Part shown: one piece after another, positions 24,325 through 37,961 of the stretch
How the letters are laid out: each line of letters starts with the position of its first letter
Numbering within the stretch: position 1 is the stretch's first letter
Assembly: GCA_053919585.1 (NCBI GenBank)
Contig: CM132802.1
Strand: one strand, 5' to 3'
DNA from: Euprymna scolopes
Taxonomy: Eukaryota
DNA: 64,000 nt
The notes under the pieces: generated by a model
Database searches by the model: none
What the model was told of the DNA's origin: nothing
The model's input: the letters and a program-made list of their open reading frames with translations, nothing else
Program-made: the position numbers and the translations under genes

Positions 24325-25421
24325 TTTAGTAATTATTTTAAAGCAGTACTTAATAGAACTCAGTTATTAATTTTAAAGCAGTACTTAATAGGATTCAATT
24401 AATTATATAAAGTACTGCTTAATAGAATTCAGTTATAATTTTAAAACAGTACTTAATAGAACTGAGTTAGCTATTTTAAAGCAGTGCTTAATAGAACTCA
24501 GTTATTAATTTTAAAGCAGTACTTAATAGGATTCAATTAATTATATAAAGTACTGCTTAATAGAATTCAGTTATAATTTTAAAACAGTACTTAATAGAAC
24601 TGAGTTATTAATTTTAAAGTAGTACTAACACGGATTCAGTTATTAATTTTAAAGTCGTACTTAATAGGATTCAGTTATTTATTTTTAAAGCAGTACTTAA
24701 TAGTACTGTTATTAATTTTAAAGCAATATTTAATAGAACTAATATTAGTTTTAAACCAGTACTTAATAGAACTGTTATTAATTTTAAAGCAGTAGTCAAT
24801 AGAACTCAGTTATTAATTTTAAAGCGGTACTCAATAGAACTCAGTTATTAATTTTAAAGCAGTAGTTAATAGAAATGTTATTACATTCGTTGGTGGGTTG
24901 GTTGTTTTTTTACGGCATATCAACCTTTTTTCTGGTTATTTAATGCCGAATCCAATTTTTAAATAGAATATAGTTGTTGTTTTCAAGTCGGTTTCTATTG
25001 CACCCATAGTTTAGGCCCTTACAGGTACTGCCACTCCGGGTCAGAGTGGACCTGGGAGCAATGACAATTAAAGGGTGTTTCTACACTTCTCAAAGCCCGC
25101 AAGTTGGGGCCTCGGTACTGGACATAGTTTAAGTTCATATCTATGATCAGTTATTAATTTTAAAACAGTACTTAATAGAACTGTTATTAATTTTAAAGCA
25201 GGATTTAATAGAATTCTGTTATTAATTTTAAAGCAACACTCAATAGAACTCAGTTATTAACTTTAAAGCAGGACTTAATAGCACTGTTATTACTTTTAAA
25301 GCAGTACTTAATAGAACTGCTAGTAATTTTAAAGCAGTGCTTAATAGAATTCAGTTATTTATTTTAAAGCAGTACTTAATAGAATTCAATTATTAATTCT
25401 AAGTCAGTATGCAATAGAACT
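24325..25421. repeat. Minisatellite with a ~33-35 bp unit (TTATTAATTTTAAAGCAGTACTTAATAGAACTCAG), split by a SINE
   Basis: More than 20 imperfect copies at 24325-24882 and 25147-25421. Confidence 0.95.
24890..25146 (-). mobile_element. 5'-truncated SINE-like element with (AACC)n tail
   Basis: Closely similar to 32865-33135 (ACAGGTACT.CCACTCCGGGTCAGAGTGGACCTGGGAGCAATG). Confidence 0.8.
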
Positions 25422-27084
25422 CACTACTTTATAGAAAAATAATTACAAAAAACACATAAAGTGATGGAGGAGATTAGGGTTCGTTTTATTAACTGTAGGT
25501 GAAATATCATCACGTACTTACGTATCATGCTGAATATTGTATAAATTACACTAATCATTGGAACTTATTCATTAGCATATAATTAAAAGGAAAAAAGGTT
25601 ACTTGTGCATATTAGAAATCTTTTAAACCAACGTAGTAAAGGTGAAAACTTATTCTAATGTCTAAATTGGTATGCATTCGGGAAATGAATAAACCGAAAA
25701 AGAATTGCAAGAAATATATGGTGTGTATATGGATTTACGTACTCTTAAAGCAAGATAGTTAGAAATATTATTATGTCATATAGAAATTGTTAAGCAATAA
25801 AAAGTGATGGAGAACGAATAAATATCTAAATACTTACAAGAATAAAATTATGTGCTAGTGTATATATTAGGGATCTTGTACATAACGTATTGCATGTTAA
25901 TACAGTATTATCGTCTTAGGTGCCATGTCATAAGTAGTATTATTCCAAAAAATATTTAAAAAATTAACAGTAAATAAATAATTACAAAAAAAATCGATTG
26001 TATAGTTTTTTTTGTGATCTTTTAAACGAACGCATTTTATTACACTTGCTTACATTTTTAAATTAGTATAATTGCAAAAGTGTTTTAAATAACTCAATAT
26101 AAAAGTAATATATATCGTATGTATCGGGTTAGAAACATAGCTTTATTACTGCTTCGGATGCCTCTTTCAGTATAGATATGAAAGCTCGGTTACATGTATA
26201 ATATTTTTACTGTCTACTTATTAAATTGTTTTCTTTCTACATAATATTAAACTTGAAAGTGGTTTATAAACTTGGTTGTAAAACAAATGAGTTGCACGAT
26301 AATGCGAAATAAAAAATAGGTTTTAATATCAATGTGGCACGAACACGTATATTCATGCCACCGGTAAATAAGGTGAAACAATCTCTAGCACAGCAAATGA
26401 TTAATACAGTAGGACACTCAGTGCCCATTACATGTTTCATACAAGTGTGCTTACTTCAGTCGATATGATAGGTTCCTTAAATAATTCTGTTAGTCTCTTT
26501 AAACATGGTTGATGCTTAATGCAAATGTATTCAATATCTTAAAACAGCTAATATTTCTATTATTACATAAAAGAACTGTATTTGTGTGTTAGTTCATTCC
26601 CTGTGAACTCTGTTTTTTTCCCTGCATAACTTAAAAAAACCTTTATGGAATTGTTTTCTCCCCTTGAGAAAATATACACCATTTTTTTCTGGATTTTAAC
26701 TGTTCTTTTATCTTGACTTTTTAGCGCTAAATGGATTAGATAGCGCTGTTTCTTTTCTCTGTTTGTCTACATAAAAAACTAAAAAAAAAATCTTTAAATT
26801 TTTAAGTGTAATGGACATTTTCGTTTTGTGACCATAAATTTTCTAACCTGTTGCAATTTTAGAAATAATCATTATTTCCAGCTTGGTATTTGCAAAAAGA
26901 GGAAAGGATCGGGGCGAATTTGAAATTATTTTTCCTGACTTACAAGAAAAGAAAGAAAGAGACTAAAACCTGCACTTTTCTCCCCCTCTCGCTATTTCTT
27001 ATTTTCTCTCTCTCTTTCTCACTCTCTCTCTCTCTTTCTCTCTCTCACTCTCTCTTTCTCTCTAAACTAACGAATCAACCAAGA

Positions 27085-27422
27085 TGGCGAAGCTGAGATC
27101 AGTTTTCGCTTAGTTAATGAAGCTGTAAATTGAGCAGGGAAAGATGCAAAAAGACTCAATGGAGAAATAGGAACAAAAACAAACCCTACAAGTACAGTAA
27201 GTGGACTACAGAAACAATGGTCCGAGCAACAAATGGAACTTCAAAAACCAGTTGTGCGAAAGCAAACAACGAACAGAAGTAATACTCTCACAAGTTTTAA
27301 AAAGTAATGAGCAATGATTCAGCTTTTGCCAAAAGTCTTATATGGTCCGCAATAGATAGTTTCAAGAATGAAGATGAAATATTATTCGCAGTTATTTCAA
27401 GAGATATAACGGAATTTTCAAT

Positions 27423-27427
<5 letters not shown>
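27085..27427 (+). pseudogene. Possible Gypsy (Mag-like) gag N-terminal remnant
   Basis: Gln/Lys/Glu-rich stretch after an ATG, then FAKSLIWSAIDSF..EDEILF(fs)YFKRYNGIF, resembling the gag 'F.AYFRRYED.F' motif. Confidence 0.4.
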
Positions 27428-27476
<49 letters not shown>

Positions 27477-27994
27477 TATTTGAAGAGGCAATACCGACGC
27501 ACATAGAGCATTCCTATATCCCTGTTCATTTTTTCTATCTATATCTCTATGTACTATTATATTTAAAAAATTTACGAATCACACAAGCGTAATGTTCTTA
27601 GATCGGTTTTGTGTCAGATTTGCTTCAATAAATATCGATAATCAAGAAATTCCGATGAATTAACGACACACGGTTTTGAAAGAAGTGCATTTGAAAAGTT
27701 TTATCGCACAAGAAATAATGCCTAGAATATAAAATCAAGCCTGTTTTTTGATAAGTTATAATTTCTTCCACGTTTTGAAGTTTCATATTATAAGATACGA
27801 TTCATTGTAAAACTGAAATTTAATATCCATGCCGATAATATTGACTGTTAGGTATTTACGTAGGTTTTCCTCTAAAGCGTTTCGGGTTATAGTTTAAGGC
27901 ACCCGGCTTTTGTACTGATTTTTTTTCCTTGCACTGATATTTTTATGCCCCATTTTATTACATGTTAGACGTTTCTTTGTAAAGTATGGACAAT

Positions 27995-28062
<68 letters not shown>

Positions 28063-28959
28063 ACTAATGAATCAAAAAACTTACAGAATTTTGTGAAACC
28101 ATAAAATTCATTATATTTACTTTTCGTTATTTGCAGATTTTATCACACGGTCATACAACTAATTGTCAAAGGAAAAACGTGCAAGTTATTAATTTGCAAC
28201 TAATTACAAAACATTTTTTATACATTTATAGTTTGATGTTTTTAGAACAATTATGCGATTTTGTATCTGATAGACAATTTTTTACTTTGTGATTATTCAA
28301 ATTGGATTTGGCTGAGTAGAAGACGTATATTTTTTATTAATATTAATTATATCTTATAACAATTTCCGATTAAGCCGACATTCCATAATTAAATGAAAAT
28401 AGGTTCATTTAAAAACGTCTTTGCTATTTGCCGCCAATGTCTAGACACGTTGATAATAAAAAAAATACCGTATATATTCTCATAGTTACTTCGCAGACAA
28501 TATATGTGTGTTGGTTCATATGGAATAATGCTACCAGGTAAAATGTTTCACGTCAGTTTATTTTCAATGTAAACCAAAACAATTGAAATGCACCGTGTCA
28601 AATATTCCAAAAGCAATGTTAATTTCCTAAATATTTTCGGACCAGATATCAATTTACTACAAATAAAACGTCTGTTTATAGGAGTTTTGTTGGGTCTTTT
28701 ACAGTGTTAAATGCATGTAGATGGAATTTTTTAATGACTGACAAAGCGGAAGCTAAAATACAATATATCATAAAAGACTATAGTCTTACGTTTCTCGATT
28801 TTGGAGATAGGGATTTATAATCTCATTTTTTCGGACTACAGTTCTTATATTGAGTCTTTTTTTCGCAACCTTTCTAACTATGTTACCTCCACCTTCTTTA
28901 AGTATATTTAGTCGCACTCAAAAATGTCCGTTGCAATATATATTGATATACATAAAACA

Positions 28960-29275
28960 GTGATGAACAGTTTCAGACAACCTCCAGAGAAAATACGACC
29001 CAAAGAACATTAAATCAGCAATAAGAAAACTGAACGACACACAGCAGAAAACTCACCAGTTTGTCTACCATACATGAAAGACTTGTCGATAAAAGTCAAG
29101 GAATATGCAATCGATATAATATCAGGACTATATTCAGAGTCGCCCTGACTCTCTTGTAGGTTTCGATTATTCTACTGAAAATGATCATAAGTAAAAGATA
29201 TGCATCACATTTTATGTAAATGTGGAAAACTATACAAAAGAAAGACCCTGAATGTAAGCTATAATTCTTTTAGGC
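28960..29275 (+). mobile_element. Penelope-like element remnant (RT-to-GIY-YIG linker)
   Basis: VCLPYMKDLSIK(fs)QGICNRYNIRTIFR, then ILCKCGKLYKRKT (cf. IPCSCG..YIGET). Confidence 0.65.
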
Positions 29276-29277
29276 AT

Positions 29278-29850
29278 TGAAAAAACAGATATTGTTGACC
29301 ACGAGGTAATCGCGATATAATTTGTACTTGGTGGAGGAAGTAGAAATTGTATATAACGCGGGAGGTTGGTAGTAGTACGACGTAATATGCTGTCCCTATG
29401 CTGCGTAACGATCAACTATTAAGCCGGGATAATATGCTATTTATCACAATATTAAATCTCTTANNNNNNNNNNNNNNNNNNNNNNNNNNNNNNNNNNNNN
29501 NNNNNNNNNNNNNNNNNNNNNNNNNNNNNNNNNNNNNNNNNNNNNNNNNNNNNNNNNNNNNNNNNNNNNNNNNNNNNNNNNNNNNNNNNNNNNNNNNNNN
29601 NNNNNNNNNNNNNNNNNNNNNNNNNNNNNNNNNNNNNNNNNNNNNNNNNNNNNNNNNNNNGAAGGTAAGTACGACTCTTCCTGGTTTGGCTATGACAGCG
29701 TAAGTGAGGTATTAGTTTCATTTCGTACCCCTCCACCACGTACTCTTTTTATTTACCATACCTCCCCCCAAAACTTTATTGTCCACATGTGTAAAATATT
29801 CACGGGAATTTCATTGGATTTACATGTAGAATAACAATGGATTCTATAAT

Positions 29851-29898
<48 letters not shown>

Positions 29899-30118
29899 GG
29901 GAAAGAGAAAAGGGTGTATATATATATATACATATATAATCTTGTGTATATAATGAAATTTCAATATTGTGTTTATTATTTGACTCATACGCAGCATATA
30001 GACTGCTGTTTACGTCACTTTATTCCCATCATTCCGACTTACACACAATTTCTACTACCTCATTCAAGTGCAAATGATTTCGCTATTACGTCCTTGTTAG
30101 CCATATATGACTTTTCAA
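29278..30118. repeat. Diverged inverted repeat pair with ~130-bp arms (29278-29407 and 29988-30118)
   Basis: GTAGAAATTGT...TATGCTGCGTA versus TACGCAGCATA...ACAATTTCTAC. Confidence 0.7.
29661..29800. repeat. Dispersed repeat, second copy at 32630-32770
   Basis: CTATGACAGCGTAAG.GAGGTATTAGTTTCATTTCGT...CACCACGTACTCTTTTTATTTAC is shared by both loci. Confidence 0.85.
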
Positions 30119-30589
30119 TACATTAATATATTGTGGTAGTTTNNNNNNNNNNNNNNNNNNNNNNNNNNNNNNNNNNNNNNNNNNNNNNNNNNNNNNNNNN
30201 NNNNNNNNNNNNNNNNNNNNNNNNNNNNNNNNNNNNNNNNNNNNNNNNNNNNNNNNNNNNNNNNNNNNNNNNNNNNNNNNNNNNNNNNNNNNNNNNTTTC
30301 CTAGATGTAAGCCGAATTAAACCCGCGTGAATATAAAAATCTGCTAAGTGGATGGCAGAGCAAGGATATATTCTGTTTATTATACAAAAACTTTTGTTAC
30401 ATATGTACATATATGTTTCAGTTGAGTCCCAATTTTACTCTTGAGCTACGATGATATTTTTACACACATTACGTTCGATGGGTGTGATGTTTTACATCAT
30501 ATAAAATCAAGTCGACGGTCATTGAAAAATAATTTTTTGATCAAAAACAAGGTAAACATTCGAACATGATTTTCAGCATGAGTTTCATT

Positions 30590-32200
30590 TACTGATTAAT
30601 GCTGTAAGGTCAAATAAATAACCTATACTCGTTGCAGACATCATTGTTGTTGCAGTTATTGTCTGGCCGCTCTTGTCACAAAGGCTACATCTGGCATAAG
30701 CATTGGGAGCCTGTGCAACATGTTGTGGATTTGATAACTGTTTTGTTTCATGTTGCATTCTAATGAATCCATTCTGATGCCATTCAGCCATTCTGTTTTT
30801 ATGCGTGGAGTAGTTTGCTGTTTAACATATTTTTAGATTCCGTTTCTTTTTTTTTCGAGGATTAAACACTTTGTTTAACTTCCAACCTCTTAAATTGACA
30901 TTGCCATGCACCACTAGATCAAGTATGTAGAAGTGCAAATCGACAGTCTATCGCTAAATCCGACTACAAACAGTAAATTTCCCTATTTTTCAATCAAAGA
31001 CGTCTACTGAACCCTTGGTTCTGTTACATGTGACCGTTATGGCAGGTTTGACATCGGCATAAGTTCAATTTATTTGCCATGGTGTTTGATAGAAAGTAGA
31101 ATAACAGTATTTTCCTTCTTCGAGCATAGCTCACAAGGTTTAGAAGGTCAGCAAAACACAAATAGAGACGAGTGAATTTCACGTCCTGGCTTTGGAAGAA
31201 AGCATTCAGGAATGTCTGGTCTGTTTTCCCTCACTAGCCATGTCAAAATGAGACCATTTTCGCAGACTTTTAATTCAAGATTTGCGTGTGAAAAAAACTG
31301 TCAGTAGTTCCACCTCTACCTGTCTTGAACAGAGGTTTTCATATTTTCATAACTACTTGCTCACCAACAGTTTTGTAGTTTGGATCTTGTTGATTTTCTT
31401 TTCCTAAATATATATCCATGTCAAAATATAACCCGTATCACAATCAACTAAATAACAATATTTGAGCCCATATTTTAATAGTTTGCTTGGCATGTATTGC
31501 CTAAATCTGCAATGTTCTCTGAATAGGTACAGAGTTTCATCCACAACGATATTGGCTGACGAGTCCATTTCCTGCACAATTTTCTCCTTTATGTGGTTGA
31601 ATATTTGACGAGCTTTGAATAACTTTTCAGCAGTTTCATGTCATCTAACGTAAAATTACTACTGATCTTTTGGAATCTTTCGCGGAACATAGTTAGACTC
31701 AGGTGAAAAATATCACCAATATACACATCGTTTTTCCTTGTTAGAGCGAATGCCATTAGTACTCCTAGAAATGCAATCATTTCGTTTTCAGTGATTTTTT
31801 TCTTCAAGCTTCCTGCTTGTTTACTGAAAGTTTTTTTTATTACTACTTGCGTGAAAGAGTAAAAGGAATCCTTAATTTCATTGCAGTTGTGTACCTGATG
31901 TGCGAGACTCATTGAATTGTTGACAGTGTCGTTCACTCTATAAGATGCTTAATGAAGAGCTTCCTTTCTTTATCTGAATGCATTTCTTACTTTGTAAATA
32001 TTTCCTTAATCTTCAGCTGCACGTTGAATGTCATCAGATGAAAAATAATCCGTATCATTGCTCTTAACCACAATATTTTCTTCCACAAAACCTTCTTCAT
32101 CAGACGCAAGTAAACCAAACTCATTATCATTATCAGTTTCCTCTTATTGAATGTTATGCATCACTTCATCAGCAGTTTTAAGTATTTTTATGGTTTGACG
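30590..32200 (-). mobile_element. piggyBac transposase remnant
   Basis: Acidic N-terminus, MFRERF, IVVDETLYLFREHCRFRQYMPSKLLKYGLK, and a Cys-rich C-terminus (RCSLC). TIRs not resolved. Confidence 0.85.
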
Positions 32201-32864
32201 TGAAACAAATAAAGTTCATTGACTACATATGTTGTGAAAATATTCACCGAGATGTAAAAACAAGGACTTACAGGCAAAATGACAGTGTATAGATAATTCA
32301 ATTTTATGTGAATGATAGGGCATATGACTATATTTACATACAGAGTAATTAATTCCGACAGAAAATATAAGAAAAATGGTTTGCAAGAGAAAAGGAGGCG
32401 TTAAAAAATTAACAGCAAACGTAGCCTAAAGATTAAATAGACCCACCTCGTTAGACCAAAACAGGAAAGTTATGGAACGTGAATCACAGTTCACTTTTTT
32501 TATATCCAGCTGTGGATTATACTTTGAAAGAAAATAGGGGGGGGGTGCCGTTTACTGATGAGATTATAAGAGGTTGTTGGAGGAAAGTATAAAAAAATAA
32601 AGAAAGTACGGGTTTTAGTGGGAGGGACTAGAGGGGAGGTACGTATCTTACTGGTTTGTCTATGACAGCGTAAGGGAGGTATTAGTTTCATTTCGTCATC
32701 CACCACCACGTACTCTTTTTATTTACACTACTTCGCCTAAAACGTCTATTGTCCACATATGTAAAATATACCCCCTTTTCGTTTAACGTATAATTCATAC
32801 CAGGATATTTCTCTATAAACGATTGCAACTGTGATTTTGGCTTCAATAATTTTCCCTCTTTGGT

Positions 32865-33204
32865 TGGTTGGTTGTTTTTGTTTTACGGCATATCAACCCT
32901 TTTCGGGTTATTTAATGCCGAATCCAAAGATTTTGAAGAAAAATGTTTTTAATAGAAAATATTTGTTGTTTTTACGTCGGTTTCTATTTAACCCATAGTT
33001 GGGACCGAAACAGGTACTACCACTCCGGGTCAGAGTGGACCTGGGAGCAATGTTAATTAAAGGGTGGCTCCACACTCCCCAAACCCACTAGCTGGGGCCT
33101 TACCACTGGATATAGTTTAAGGTCATATCCAGGACCCCCATTGAGGGACTTTTACCCTCCGCTGGGGATCAGTCAGCGTATCACAATGCCCAACCGACAG
33201 GGCC
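32865..33204 (-). mobile_element. Full-length SINE-like element with (AACC)n tail
   Basis: Same family as 24890-25146; TSD-like flanks CCCTCTTTGGT (32854-32864) and CCTTCTTTGGT (33205-33215). Confidence 0.8.
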
Positions 33205-33329
33205 CCTTCTTTGGTCTGACGAGTTGAGTATCTTAAAATCGGGACTCCACACAAACATGTATGCAACATGTAACCAATAAAGATTGTAGAATAAGCAATG
33301 CATATACATACATCTCTCTCTCTATCCCC

Positions 33330-33365
<36 letters not shown>

Positions 33366-34147
33366 GTTCTCTCTCTCTATCTCTCTCTCTATATATATAT
33401 AGAGAGAGAAAGACAGAGAGAGAGGAAGAGGGGGAAGAGATAATAAATTACAAAGAAGGATATACACATATATAAAGTTGGATACACAATTATTAAGAAT
33501 GCACATCTAGAAAACAAGCTTTGTTTTAAGGTTCCGGAAATTGAGGCTTACGTACTTAGAAAATTAAGCTGTAAAAATAATCCCATGTTTGTGGTAGAAT
33601 ATAAAATTAGCGGGTCAGATTTTAAATTAAAATTGGTAATAACTTAAAATGTTCACCCAGTAATAGCTGATTGAACTAGAGCAGGAAGAAACCTGGATTA
33701 AATATGGCTTTCCTTAGAATTCCCCTAAAATTCCTGTTTTGAAAGAGCAATTCCAAAATTCGATATAAAGATTCTCGTGTTCGACAATATGCACTTACAG
33801 AAAGTCGGAAGGAACATCGATCGAAACGTTCCGCAAATTGTATGCAATATGTGAACAGTAATCGCAGGAATCAAAATAATACAGAATACTACAATATCAA
33901 GGAATTAAAGGAGTACATATATATATTCACATTTTTGCAAAACAAACATAATTTGTATAAAGAGGGGAAACCGTTTCTAACAGAGTGTGTGCGGCGAAAA
34001 TACAAAATCCAACCCAACGAGTCATATCGGAAATAATTGGCGATTGTTATTCAAGCTACGTGTGAAGACACCTGATTATAACATACTCGTACTTTTGTGT
34101 TTCATAAATGAGATAGATAAACTTAAATACACCTGATGCTTCCATGC

Positions 34148-34194
<47 letters not shown>

Positions 34195-34289
34195 AAAATT
34201 ATATGTATATGGTGGGTCAGAAATAAATGGTTCTTTAAACGCAACATGAAATATAATATCTTATAAACAATGCAATATTTTTTTCGTCA

Positions 34290-35180
34290 ATTTATTCCAA
34301 ACGGTTTGCCAGTTTACAAAGTAAAGTGTAGAATTTAATATCTTTTATATTATGTTCATGTTTGCCGGTACAGGTGGCAATACGTTTATGAAAGTATGCA
34401 TTAAATCTTCGCAGCAGGTCTCTGTCTATTTCTGCAGATACAACATAGATACATTCGTTTAATGTTTCACAATTACGTGGATTTTTTTCGATAAACGTGG
34501 TTCTTAACATATTCACACAAGGAAAAGTCTTATTTGGACAAAGAAAGAAAATGTGGAGGTCAGGGGTGTTAAACAAACCCGGAAATAATTTATTCGCTAA
34601 ATATTTGTTGGGGAACGTCCATTGAATTCCTGGCGGTATTTCATGTTGTTCCATTCTTTTTAAACCAGAGGCATCAGCTTACAATTTGGGTTCGTATTAA
34701 CTGAGGCAGAAACAATTTATTTATTATCTGGGTCAAGTTTTCAGTAAAAGTAACATAATATCAAATATTATCTTCAAAATAGAAAAAAGTTGAATCGGTT
34801 TACTCTCTTCTATAGCAAAGCACTGTTTGTCTATTCAGCAGCTTTTCCTGCAAATCTCAAAGATTTTCCTCAGATCAATAGGGGTTTTGTTGAGTAACTG
34901 CTCAATTAAAAGAAAAATGAGCTTCATCACCTCCTTAAAATTAGGTGTTCATTAATTTCTCGAAATGTCTTCCATCTCGTGTGTAAAGTAAAGCCGATTC
35001 TCAAAGTTCACTGTTGAAACTTTTGTCTGATAACTAGGCAGTATGAATGGACGTGAAGTTGTTTTTGTAAGATGCGCCTTGTGGAGAAAAATCTATTGCA
35101 AAGCGAAGCAGGATGTTTCTGAACAAATCGCTTCGGGCTCCTGAGAAAAAGATTCTTAAACGTGTACAACATAATATGAA
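34290..35180 (-). mobile_element. Decayed Tc1/mariner-superfamily transposase (rosa/maT-like)
   Basis: TPDLHIFFL and KNPRNCETLNECI...LLRRFNAYFHKRIATC resemble the SPDL..DFFLWG and C-terminal motifs. Confidence 0.55.
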
Positions 35181-36279
35181 GTTCTTACTGTTGTTGGTGC
35201 CTGGGGAGACTTAATTTTCTTTAGTGTGCTTAATTGGTAAGAGGATCTAATCTAGAATTCTGTCTCTTTGGGGAAACCCCTAATATCAACTTATGCTAAA
35301 ATTCCGACGTCATTCTCTTTCAATACCTTTTACTGACGCATTAATTTTCACCTATCATAAAAACTATATGCTTAATTGCCCCAATTTTTTTATATGATCT
35401 GAAGGATAAAGGCGATGCTTTCGTTCAATCTTAAAAGACAGTGGATACCCCCTGTAAGAGTAGCTGCAATGGAGTGTTGGGGTAAGGCTGTTGAAATTCT
35501 GAACCACACTTCTTAATCGGCACTGCGTACATTCACTTTCAAAGAGGAGGTTTAGCACGACTATAAACAATGCCGATATACCCGGAGAGAACATGCATGA
35601 CCCTAAACAAATGGTTACTAATTAAAGTACTGAACAGGCTCAACACAGCTAAACTGTGGTGATATTAATTAGAAAAGCATAAGAAAATGTTTTTTGCAAA
35701 AGAAAAACTGTGGTTTCACAGCTCATTTAGTAATCGATTTGTTTTGTACTAAATTGATTCATTAATTCATATCGGAAAAATGATAAACATTTAACAAATG
35801 TGACCCCCTCCGAACTTAACACCTAGAATTAAAATATTTTTTTTTTAAAACCTCTTATTCAGAAGCAACATCTTGTCGTGTTTATAGGGCTACTACTAAA
35901 GTTGCTTCATTACATTTATTCAAATACATGACAACGGCATAAGTCGGGGGGTTGGAGACATAATGTTTGATTTGTTATTACTATTCTAGTTTTTATTAGT
36001 ATTATTATTTCTATCATTTTTATTTTAATGGTAGTAGTATTGGTTTGCCGCTTCTTGACGAAGACGAAGCCAATATACAAGAACAATGATAAGATTCGAT
36101 GGCAGAACAATCACTGGCAATCATGTCTTCGTAATTTTGGGCTATAAGGTATTTCTATAAAAATGGTTCGCCCACATAAAATGAATGACAAAATCGTTTG
36201 CACGAATTTCGCCAATGTGATTCGAAAGTATTGTGTATTATATCTGCATGCATTATATTTGTTTAAGCTAGTTTCCTTT

Positions 36280-36339
<60 letters not shown>

Positions 36340-36344
<5 letters not shown>

Positions 36345-36910
36345 TACTGTTTATGTATGATGTGAAAACATTCGGAAGAAATGAGAAGAAAATGGAGAGA
36401 CTGGTAGAGCTCGTGGGGACATACTCGGAAGACATCGGAACGAAGTTTGGCATTAGTAAATGTGCGGTGCTGGTGATGAAAAGGGTAGCAAAGATTTATT
36501 CGAATAGAATAGTGCTGCCAAATGGAGAAATTATGAAAGAAATAGAAGATATGTATTTGGGAGTGCTGAAAGGTGTAGGCGTCATTAACAGAGGGATTTG
36601 ACATCATTGGTTCTGTAGCACAAAAACAGGCATTAGGTACACGACTGTCAAAAAAGTGTTTCTATGAGAGAAAGTTGCCGTAGAATGCCGGATTTGTGGT
36701 AATGCCTCAAATTCAATTGCGCACCTTGCAGCAGAGTATAGCGGATTGACCCAGACAGATTACCGCAGAAGACACGATCGCATGGGTCTCCGGATATATT
36801 GGGAAATGTGTAAGAAGGTTGAGGTGAAGTGTGCTGAAAAGTTGTTTCAGGAGGTTACTGATGAAGTGGGAACAAGTTAGGATGGCAATGTAGAGGTATG
36901 GTGGAATATT
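36340..36910 (+). mobile_element. RLE-type non-LTR retrotransposon fragment (R4/Dong-like), internally deleted
   Basis: HLLFMYDVK...FGISKCA...YLGVL (RT), then CRICG...IAHL...YRRRHD..GLRIYWEMCK (zinc knuckle and RHD motif). Confidence 0.8.
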
Positions 36911-36935
36911 TTCATCGTTGGTGTTGTTAGTAGTT

Positions 36936-36969
<34 letters not shown>

Positions 36970-37383
36970 CATTTATTCATTTCTTTGCGGACTGCTTTTC
37001 TCATCTTTATAATTGTTCTTACAGTTCCCCGAAAAATGAATACACAAATTATAAAGCCCCGTCTCAAAGGATTCCAAAAAATAAAAGTAAACTATTATTA
37101 TTATTATTATTATTATTACTTCTACTACTACTACTACTACTACTACTACTTTCGTCAATAATTGAGATAAAATCCGTTTGTGTTACGTTTATTGAATTTA
37201 AGTTTTATGGTACCGGCATAAATACATTTAGTTTGCGTTGGCAAACGTGTGTTAATGTCGATTGTGCTTATTACGCTCAATATTTTTGTTGAGGCCGAAA
37301 GTGATTAGTCTGAATTAAAAAGTTAAAAACTTCAAGAACTTTTCTCTGAACCTGATACTTATATATATATATATAAATGTATG

Positions 37384-37449
<66 letters not shown>

Positions 37450-37451
<2 letters not shown>

Positions 37452-37961
37452 AAACGTATATAATAAGTAAACTCAACCGGCGCTTCTAAGGAACAAGAAA
37501 TCTTAACGTGAATCCGGCGTGACCTAACGCACCGTTCCGAGATTTAACTAAAACTACCGTAAAATCAACAAACGGACTTCTACTTTCTGATTATGTGCCC
37601 CACCACAGCATGGCACAAAAAAAGAAAGACATACTGATGCTGAGGCTTTGCCTCGAAATATATTTATGAATTTCAGCATAATTTTCAAACAAAATAAATG
37701 CATGTTTATTTTGTAATAATGCGTTGTTTTTTTTTTGTTTCAAACGTATATAATACGTATTCATTTTATTCAAACTCAACCGGCACTTCTAAGGAACAAG
37801 AAATCTTAACATGAATCCCGGGTGACTTAACGCACTGATTCAAGATTAAAAAGAAAAAAAAACACCATAAAAACAACAAAAGGACTGCTACTTTCTGATT
37901 GACTGCCCCAGCAACAACATGACTAAAAAAAAAGAACGAAAGACATACTGATGATGAGGCA
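37450..37961 (+). repeat. Tandem ~290-bp repeat (1.7 copies) carrying a minimal hammerhead-like motif
   Basis: AAACTCAACCGGC.CTTCTAAGGAACAAGAAATCTTAAC...GAAAGACATACTGATG(C/A)TGAGGC occurs twice. Confidence 0.85.
37630..37668 (+). ncRNA. Minimal type I hammerhead ribozyme, core mutated
   Basis: CATA-CTGATGC-T-GAGGC ttt GCCTC-GAAA-TATA-TT-TATG. The second copy has an intact CTGATGA but is truncated. Confidence 0.55.

Noticed and set aside
24325-25421. CRISPR-like array (35-bp period)
   Set aside because: Units are contiguous with no unique spacers, there are no cas genes, and the context is eukaryotic.
33790-33835. Penelope-type hammerhead remnant (GTCGG...TCGATC-GAAACGTT)
   Set aside because: The CUGANGA core is absent; too decayed to call.
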